Positions 58,313 through 64,000 of a DNA stretch of 64,000 bases are shown here, one piece after another. Numbering within the stretch: position 1 is the first letter of the stretch; every line of letters begins with the position of its first letter. The notes beneath the pieces were generated by a model. The model saw only the letters and a list, made by a program, of their open reading frames with translations, was not told the origin of the DNA and did not search any database. Made by a program: the position numbers and the translations under genes. Origin of the DNA: Candidatus Palauibacter poriticola (lineage in GTDB: Bacteria > Gemmatimonadota > Gemmatimonadetes > Palauibacterales > Palauibacteraceae); contig JAAXHJ010000055.1 in assembly GCA_012270965.1 (NCBI GenBank), positions 15,345 through 79,344 on the forward strand, in the 5' to 3' direction.

Positions 58313-59134
58313 GTGAGCGATTCAGAAGACGGCGGGGGCAGGGAATCGGCGCCGCCGCGGACGCCGGCCCGGACGTTCTTCGCCGACCGTCTTGCGGGCT
58401 TGGAAGCGGGCGCGCGGGCCGAACTCGCGAGCGACGAGGTGAGCCATGTTCGTGCCGCCCGGATCCGCGCCGGCCGTCGTCTCGCCGTCATCGACGGGGC
58501 GGGAAGCCGCTGGGAGGCGGAACTGGTTGCGCTGGACCGGCGCCGCGCGAGCTGTCGGCTGCTCGCTCCCCTTCCGCCCGAACCCGCGCTCCCGCTGCAC
58601 CTCTGGGCCCCCGTGGCGAATCGCGACCGGTCGCTGTGGCTCGTCGAGAAGGTCGTGGAAGTGGGCGCCGCCACGATAACGTGGATCGAGTGGGAGCGGT
58701 CGCGCTCCGTGGCCGATGCCGGGCGCTCGGAGGGCTTTCTGCGGCGGGCGGAGGGCCGCGCCAAGGCGGCGATGAAGCAATCGGGGCGCAGTTGGCTCCC
58801 CCGGCTGAAGGGGTCGGTGATGCCGGAGGAGGCGCTCCGCCGCCACGACGGAGCCGGCTGGCTGGCGGACGCGGAGGGGCGGCCCTGGCTTGCCGCCGTG
58901 ATCGGGCGCGGCCGGAAGGGGCGGCGCGCCGCAAGCGGGCTGACCGTCGCGGTGGGGCCGGAGGGCGGCCTCACGGATCCGGAACGCCGCCGCTGTCTCG
59001 AGGCGGGCTTCGAACCCGTCGCCCTGGGGCCGGCGGCACTGAGGTTCGAGACCGCCGCCGTGGTCGCCGTCGCGGCGGCGGCGGCGATGCTGGCGGACGA
59101 GGATTACGAGGCAGGCGACGAGGTGATGACATGA
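58313..59134 (+). CDS. rsmE: 16S rRNA m3U1498 methyltransferase
   Basis: [37 protein letters not shown]. Start uncertain (GTG 58313). Confidence 0.9.
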   Translation: MSDSEDGGGRESAPPRTPARTFFADRLAGLEAGARAELASDEVSHVRAARIRAGRRLAVIDGAGSRWEAELVALDRRRASCRLLAPLPPEPALPLHLWAPVANRDRSLWLVEKVVEVGAATITWIEWERSRSVADAGRSEGFLRRAEGRAKAAMKQSGRSWLPRLKGSVMPEEALRRHDGAGWLADAEGRPWLAAVIGRGRKGRRAASGLTVAVGPEGGLTDPERRRCLEAGFEPVALGPAALRFETAAVVAVAAAAAMLADEDYEAGDEVMT

Positions 59135-59466
59135 CGGACTGCGTATTCTGCGGCATCGCTTCGGGGGCGGTCGGGGCGACGGTGGTCGCCGAGACGGACG
59201 ACTGGATGGCGTTCCGGGATCTCGAACCCCAGGCGCCGGTGCATGTGCTCGTCGTCCCGCGGGCGCACGTGTCGAGCCTCGCGGCCCTGTCGGAGGGGCC
59301 GCTCGGAACCCAACTCCTCCTCGCGTGCGCGGCCGTCGCCGACGCGGAGGGGCTGGACGGCGGCTACCGCGTGGTCGCGAACGTCGGCGACGACGGCGGT
59401 CAAGCCGTGCCCCACCTGCACTTCCACGTGCTCGGGGCTCGCCGCATGGGCTGGCCGCCCGGGTAA
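59131..59466 (+). CDS. HIT-family nucleotide-binding protein
   Basis: DCVFCGIA, AFRDLEPQAPVHVLVVP, GQAVPHLHFH. Confidence 0.93.
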   Translation: MTDCVFCGIASGAVGATVVAETDDWMAFRDLEPQAPVHVLVVPRAHVSSLAALSEGPLGTQLLLACAAVADAEGLDGGYRVVANVGDDGGQAVPHLHFHVLGARRMGWPPG

Positions 59467-59472
59467 GGGGCC

Positions 59473-61857
59473 GTGGATCACGCGCTGAGGGTGATCGAGT
59501 TCGACCGCGTGCTGGCGGCGATCGGGAAACGCGCCGTGTCCGAGGCGGGCCGCTCGGCCGTGCGCGGACTCCGGCCGCTCACCGATGCGGCATCCGCGAA
59601 ACGCTCGCTCGCGGCGGTGAACGAACTTCGGGAGCTTCTCGGGAGCCGGCACGGATGGGCGCTGGATCCGATCGCGCCGCTCGATGGGGCCCTGCGGCGG
59701 CTCGCGATCGAAGACGCGGCGCTGGAGCCGCCCCAACTTCTCGCCTGCGGGCAGATCATGGCCGTCGCGCGCGCGGCGCGTCGACTGGAGGCGCACCTCG
59801 ACCCCGACGGCCTCCCCGCGGAGCATGTGAGCCGGTTGTGGGGAGAGGCGGCCCTCGAGAAACGGATTGCGCGCACCTTCGATGCGACGGGCGCGGTCGC
59901 GGACGGGGCCTCCCCGGAGCTTCGGCGCATCCGCCGCGCGCTCACGAGCCGGCGCGGCCGGCTGGTCGACGAACTCACGCGCTACGCCCGCTCCCTTCCG
60001 GAACGCGTTCGCGTGCCCGACGCCTCGGTCACGGTCCGCAACGGCCGCTACTGCATCCCGGTCCGCCGCGAGGGTAAGGCCATTGCGGGCGGTCTCGTAC
60101 ACGACGCCTCCGCCAGCCGCCGGACGCTGTTCGTCGAGCCGTCGCGCGCCATCGAGGCCATGAACGAAATCCGTGAACTCGAACTCCGCGAGGCCCGCGA
60201 GGTGGACCGGGTTCTGCGCGACCTGTCCTCCGCCGTGCGCGCCCGGGCAACCGAACTCGCCGGCTCGTACGCCGCCCTCGTGGAGCTGGACTCGCTGCGC
60301 GCCCGCGCGCTCTTCGCCGACGAGATGGACGCGGCGTCCCCGGCCTTCGTCGAGGCGGAGTCGGAGGGGATCCACATCCGCGGCGCTCGTCATCCCCTTC
60401 TCGCCCTCGGTGCCGGCGGAGCGGTCCCGTTCGATCTCGATCTCTCGGCCGGCGAGCGCGTCCTTCTCGTGTCGGGCCCCAACGCGGGGGGGAAGACGGT
60501 GTTTCTCAAGACGTTCGGCCTGCTGTGCTCGCTCTTGCAGAGCGGGGTCCCGCCGCCGCTCGGCGCCGGGAGCCGGATCCCCTTCTTCCGTCGATTCTTC
60601 GCGGTCATCGGGGACGAACAGTCGATCGATGCGTCGCTCTCCACCTTCGGTGCGCAGGCGCGCAACCTGGCCGAGATTCTGCGCGAGGCGGGCGACCGCG
60701 ACCTCGTCATCTTTGACGAGATCGGCAGCGCCACGGATCCGGCCGAGGGGGGCGCGCTGGCGGCGGCGGCGCTGGGACGGCTGGCTCGGCAGGCTCGTCT
60801 CACGGTGGCCACGACGCACCTCGGCGACCTCAAACGCCTGGGCGACGAGAGGGCCGCGGCCGTGAACGCGTCGCTGGAGTTCGATGGAACGCGGCTCGAG
60901 CCGACGTACCGCCTGGTCAGAGACCGGCCCGGCCGCAGCTACGCGCTCGTCATCGCGGCGCGGCTCGGGGTTCCGGAAGAGGTGCTCGCCGACGCCCGCG
61001 ACCGGCTTGGGCCGGAGCATCTCTCGCTGGACGCGTTCCTCGCCCGGCTCGAGACCGAACGGGGCGAGGTCGAGGACCTTCGGATCCAACTCGAGCGCCG
61101 GGCGGGAGAAACGGCCGCGCGCGAACGCGACCTCGCGTCCAGGGAGGCCGCCTTGGACGATTCGGAGCGCTCCGCCGCCCGCAGACGGGAGGCGGAGCGG
61201 CTCGCGGCGCTGCGCGAGGCGCGAGAGCGGGTGGAGAGGGCGATCTCACGCCTCGAATCCGACTTCGCCGCGGGGGACGAGGTGCGCCGGCGCGAGGCCA
61301 AGCGGGCCGCGCGCGGGGACGTGGAGCGGGCGCTCCGGGCGTCTTCCCGCGCGCTCCGCGCTTCGGGCGAGTCGGCGCCTCCACCAACGGCGGTAACGGT
61401 CGGCGTCGGCGATGCCGTGCGTTGGAACGCGTCCGCCCGTCCGGCGCGCCTCGTCGAGATTCGGGAAGGTCGCGGCGTCATCGAGGTGGGCGAAGTGCGG
61501 CTGACGGTACCGCTGCGGGAGCTGACTCCCCAGTCTGCACCGGAGACCCGTTCGTCCCGGCCGCCCGGGGTCCGCGAAGCCGACGGCCCACCGCCGCGCC
61601 GGCCGAATCTCACCGTCGCCACGGAGGTCGATCTGAGGGGACTGCGCGTCGACGAGGTGGAGGGGACGCTCAACCCGGCCGTCGATGCGGCCGTGGTCGG
61701 AGACCTCCCGTGGCTCAGGGTCATTCACGGAAAGGGAACGGGCGCGCTGAGGGCGAGGGTCGGGCAACTGCTCGCCGGCGACCCGCGGATCCGGCTGTTC
61801 AGAACCGGTGAATCGAACGAAGGGGGCACGGGCGTCACAGTGGTGGAATTCGAGTGA
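59473..61857 (+). CDS. mutS2: MutS2 endonuclease (Smr domain)
   Basis: SGPNAGGKT, IGDEQSI..SLSTF, DEIGSATDP, TTH, C-terminal DLRG..IHGKGTGALR. Confidence 0.93.
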   Translation: MDHALRVIEFDRVLAAIGKRAVSEAGRSAVRGLRPLTDAASAKRSLAAVNELRELLGSRHGWALDPIAPLDGALRRLAIEDAALEPPQLLACGQIMAVARAARRLEAHLDPDGLPAEHVSRLWGEAALEKRIARTFDATGAVADGASPELRRIRRALTSRRGRLVDELTRYARSLPERVRVPDASVTVRNGRYCIPVRREGKAIAGGLVHDASASRRTLFVEPSRAIEAMNEIRELELREAREVDRVLRDLSSAVRARATELAGSYAALVELDSLRARALFADEMDAASPAFVEAESEGIHIRGARHPLLALGAGGAVPFDLDLSAGERVLLVSGPNAGGKTVFLKTFGLLCSLLQSGVPPPLGAGSRIPFFRRFFAVIGDEQSIDASLSTFGAQARNLAEILREAGDRDLVIFDEIGSATDPAEGGALAAAALGRLARQARLTVATTHLGDLKRLGDERAAAVNASLEFDGTRLEPTYRLVRDRPGRSYALVIAARLGVPEEVLADARDRLGPEHLSLDAFLARLETERGEVEDLRIQLERRAGETAARERDLASREAALDDSERSAARRREAERLAALREARERVERAISRLESDFAAGDEVRRREAKRAARGDVERALRASSRALRASGESAPPPTAVTVGVGDAVRWNASARPARLVEIREGRGVIEVGEVRLTVPLRELTPQSAPETRSSRPPGVREADGPPPRRPNLTVATEVDLRGLRVDEVEGTLNPAVDAAVVGDLPWLRVIHGKGTGALRARVGQLLAGDPRIRLFRTGESNEGGTGVTVVEFE

Positions 61858-61920
61858 GCGCGGGTTGCGCGCGGCGCGCGGGATGATCGGCCGCTCCCGT
61901 CTCGGCTCGGGGGCGGGATC

Positions 61921-63705
61921 GTGGTGAGCGACGGCCTCGTGGAGGACATCCGCGCGCGGGCGGACATCCTCGAGATCGTGGGGGACCACGTCCAGCTTCG
62001 ACGATCGGGGAAGAGCTACCGCGGACCCTGCCCCCTGCACGGCGGCGACGGCCCGAACTTCGCCGTCGACCCCCAGCGTCAAATCTTCAAGTGCTTCGTC
62101 TGCGGGGAGGGCGGAGACGTCTTCGGCTTCTTGATGAAGCACCTCGGGTTCGAGTTCCCGGAGGCGGTGCGCCACGTGGGCGCACGGGTTGGGATAGAGG
62201 TCCCCGACCGGGAGGAGCGGCGCGAGGATCCGTATGCGCCGCTGCGCGGAGTGCTCGCCTTTGCGGCCGAATGGTTCCAGAGCCGGCTGCGCGAGCCAGC
62301 CGGCGCCGGGGCGCGCGATTATCTCCGGCGGCGCGGACTGTCGCTGGAGGAGGCGCTCGACTTCGGGCTGGGCTACGCGGACGACGAGTGGCGGGCGTTC
62401 CGGTCCGCCGCGGCTCGACACGGGATCGAGGAGCCGACCCTGCTCGAACTCGGGCTCCTCGCGACGAGCGAGAAGGCGGAGGAGCCGTACGACCGTTTTC
62501 GCGGGCGTCTCATGTTCACGATCCACGATCTGCGCGACCGGCCGATCGGCTTCGGCGGCCGCATCCTCGATGCCTCCTCCGATGCGCCCAAGTACATCAA
62601 CTCGCCCGAGTCACCCGTCTTCCACAAGGGCGAGGAACTGTACGGACTCAACCGGGCCCGCCACGCCATGCGACGCGAGGGCCGCGCGGCGGTCGCGGAG
62701 GGGTTTACCGACGTCATCGCGCTGCACCGGGCCGGCCTCGGCTTTGCGGTCGCCGGGCTGGGGACGTCGTTCACGGCCGACCAGGCGCGGCGCATCGGCC
62801 GATACGCGAAACAGGCCTACCTGCTCTACGACAGCGACCTCGCCGGGCTCCGCGCGACGTTCAGGACGGGCGACATCCTCCTCGCTGCCGGGGTCCACCC
62901 GATGGTCGTGTCGCTTCCTTCCGGCGAAGATCCCGATTCCCTCATCCGCCGGGACGGTTCCGGCGCCATCCGGCAGCTCCTGGACGATGCGGTGGACCTT
63001 CTCGAACGCAAGCTCCAGATCCTGCGTCGCGAGGGGTACCTCGATCGTGTGGAGGGGCGGCGGCGCGCCGTGGACGGCCTGCTCAGCACGCTGAGGGCGG
63101 TCTCCGACCCGGCGCTCCGCGACATCTACGTGGACCGGGCGGTGGAAGGGCTGGGGATACGGCGCGAGACGCTCGTGGACGAGATCGCGCGCCTCGAGAG
63201 TTCCCGCCCTCGCCGCCGTCCCCCCGCCGTCGGCACCGGACCTCCCCGTCGCGGGCCATTTCCGGCCTCGCGGACGGAGCACGATTTGCTTCTCCTGCTC
63301 GTGCGCGACCCGGCGCTCGCGCGGCAGGCCGTGCGCGTCGGACTCGAACCCGGCCACATGTCCGACCCGCGGGGCCGCGAGCTGTTCGAGATCCTGTCGG
63401 CGGCGGCGGACGAGGGGATCGATTCTCCGGACTGGACGTCCGCCTCCGCCGCGGCCGGGGGATTGGCGAGGGCGCTGCGAGAGTCCGACCGGGAACTTCA
63501 CGACGCCGCTCGGGTGTTCGACGCCGTGGTGCGCCGCCTCCTCTATCGACCGCATCGTGAACGGATCAAGGAGATCGGCCGCGCGATCGTGCTTGCGGAG
63601 CCTGAGCAGCAACGTCGATTGTTGGGCGAGAAAGAGGAACTCGCGCGCGAACTTCGTGCCGCGGACGAGTCGGGGGCGTTCATGCCTACGGCCACGGAGC
63701 GATGA
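61921..63705 (+). CDS. dnaG: DNA primase
   Basis: CPLH..CFVC zinc finger, DRFRGRLMF, KYINSPE, EGFTDV, YDSDLAG, DPD. Confidence 0.96.
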   Translation: MVSDGLVEDIRARADILEIVGDHVQLRRSGKSYRGPCPLHGGDGPNFAVDPQRQIFKCFVCGEGGDVFGFLMKHLGFEFPEAVRHVGARVGIEVPDREERREDPYAPLRGVLAFAAEWFQSRLREPAGAGARDYLRRRGLSLEEALDFGLGYADDEWRAFRSAAARHGIEEPTLLELGLLATSEKAEEPYDRFRGRLMFTIHDLRDRPIGFGGRILDASSDAPKYINSPESPVFHKGEELYGLNRARHAMRREGRAAVAEGFTDVIALHRAGLGFAVAGLGTSFTADQARRIGRYAKQAYLLYDSDLAGLRATFRTGDILLAAGVHPMVVSLPSGEDPDSLIRRDGSGAIRQLLDDAVDLLERKLQILRREGYLDRVEGRRRAVDGLLSTLRAVSDPALRDIYVDRAVEGLGIRRETLVDEIARLESSRPRRRPPAVGTGPPRRGPFPASRTEHDLLLLLVRDPALARQAVRVGLEPGHMSDPRGRELFEILSAAADEGIDSPDWTSASAAAGGLARALRESDRELHDAARVFDAVVRRLLYRPHRERIKEIGRAIVLAEPEQQRRLLGEKEELARELRAADESGAFMPTATER

Positions 63706-63719
63706 CAGCCGGGGAGAGT

Positions 63720-64000
63720 ATGCAAGCGAGCGATATCGTCGAAGAGTTGCTCACCCTTCAGGAGATCGATCACAGGATCCTGAAGATAGAAGATGAACTC
63801 GAGAGTCTCGGCCGGGAGGAGGCCGGGCTCCGGGAGGCGGTGGAGGCGCTGGAGTCGCAGGTCGCGCGGATCCGGGCGGAAGCGGAGGGGGCGGAAGGGC
63901 GAGTGCGGCGCTTCCACCGGGCCGTGGAAGCCGGGAGGGCGACGCTCAAGCGTCTCGAGGCGCGCTCCGTCGCGGTGGCGAACATGCAGCAGCATCTCGC
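63720..64000 (+). CDS. CT398-like coiled-coil / C4 zinc-ribbon protein (partial)
   Basis: Manual translation MQASDIVEELLTLQEIDHRILKIEDELESL..., matching the LQ-x-x-D start typical of the family. Follows dnaG and runs off the window. Confidence 0.7.
   Translation, partial: MQASDIVEELLTLQEIDHRILKIEDELESLGREEAGLREAVEALESQVARIRAEAEGAEGRVRRFHRAVEAGRATLKRLEARSVAVANMQQHL

Noticed and set aside
221-63612. Many long overlapping or antisense ORFs in the track (e.g. 221-2047, 16606-18624, 37107-38975, 59104-61089)
   Set aside because: Shadow ORFs of high-GC coding DNA, rich in Arg/Pro/Gly/Ala, opposite or out of frame to clearly recognisable genes.

Overview
High-GC bacterial chromosomal segment, densely coding, about 50 genes. 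The gene set (DUF5916, VPS10/BNR and 6-bladed propeller secreted proteins, S9/S45 peptidases, ctpA-asparaginase-obgE-dprA-hemW-hrcA-dnaJ synteny) suggests Gemmatimonadota; this is inference, not a database result. Layout: (1) 0-19 kb: GNAT + OSBS/N-succinylamino-acid racemase, DUF5916, a SAM-II riboswitch with a clear terminator/antiterminator in front of metH-yitJ, OMP, amidase, pheA, secreted propellers. (2) 19-25 kb: a patchwork of defence-type pieces (EcoRII-like C-terminal remnant, PUA/EVE-like-HNH nuclease, Phd-VapC TA with palindromic operator, N-truncated triple-frameshifted CapRel-like toxSAS) around a divergent MTHFR-like gene, an array of three covarying hairpin repeats, and dinB. 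(3) 25-39 kb: mtnA, peptidases, spermidine-dehydrogenase-like flavoprotein, glutaminyl cyclase, aminotransferase, divergent ligD/ku. (4) 39-64 kb: core genes rpmE-prfA-prmC, ylbF-PIP synthase-ino1-tmk, ctpA to dnaJ, an antisense tal-rpiB-tkt block, then rsmE-HIT-mutS2-dnaG. I saw no rRNA, intact tRNA, CRISPR array, transposase or integrase. Start codons were chosen by eye, and all family assignments come from motif recognition without searches.
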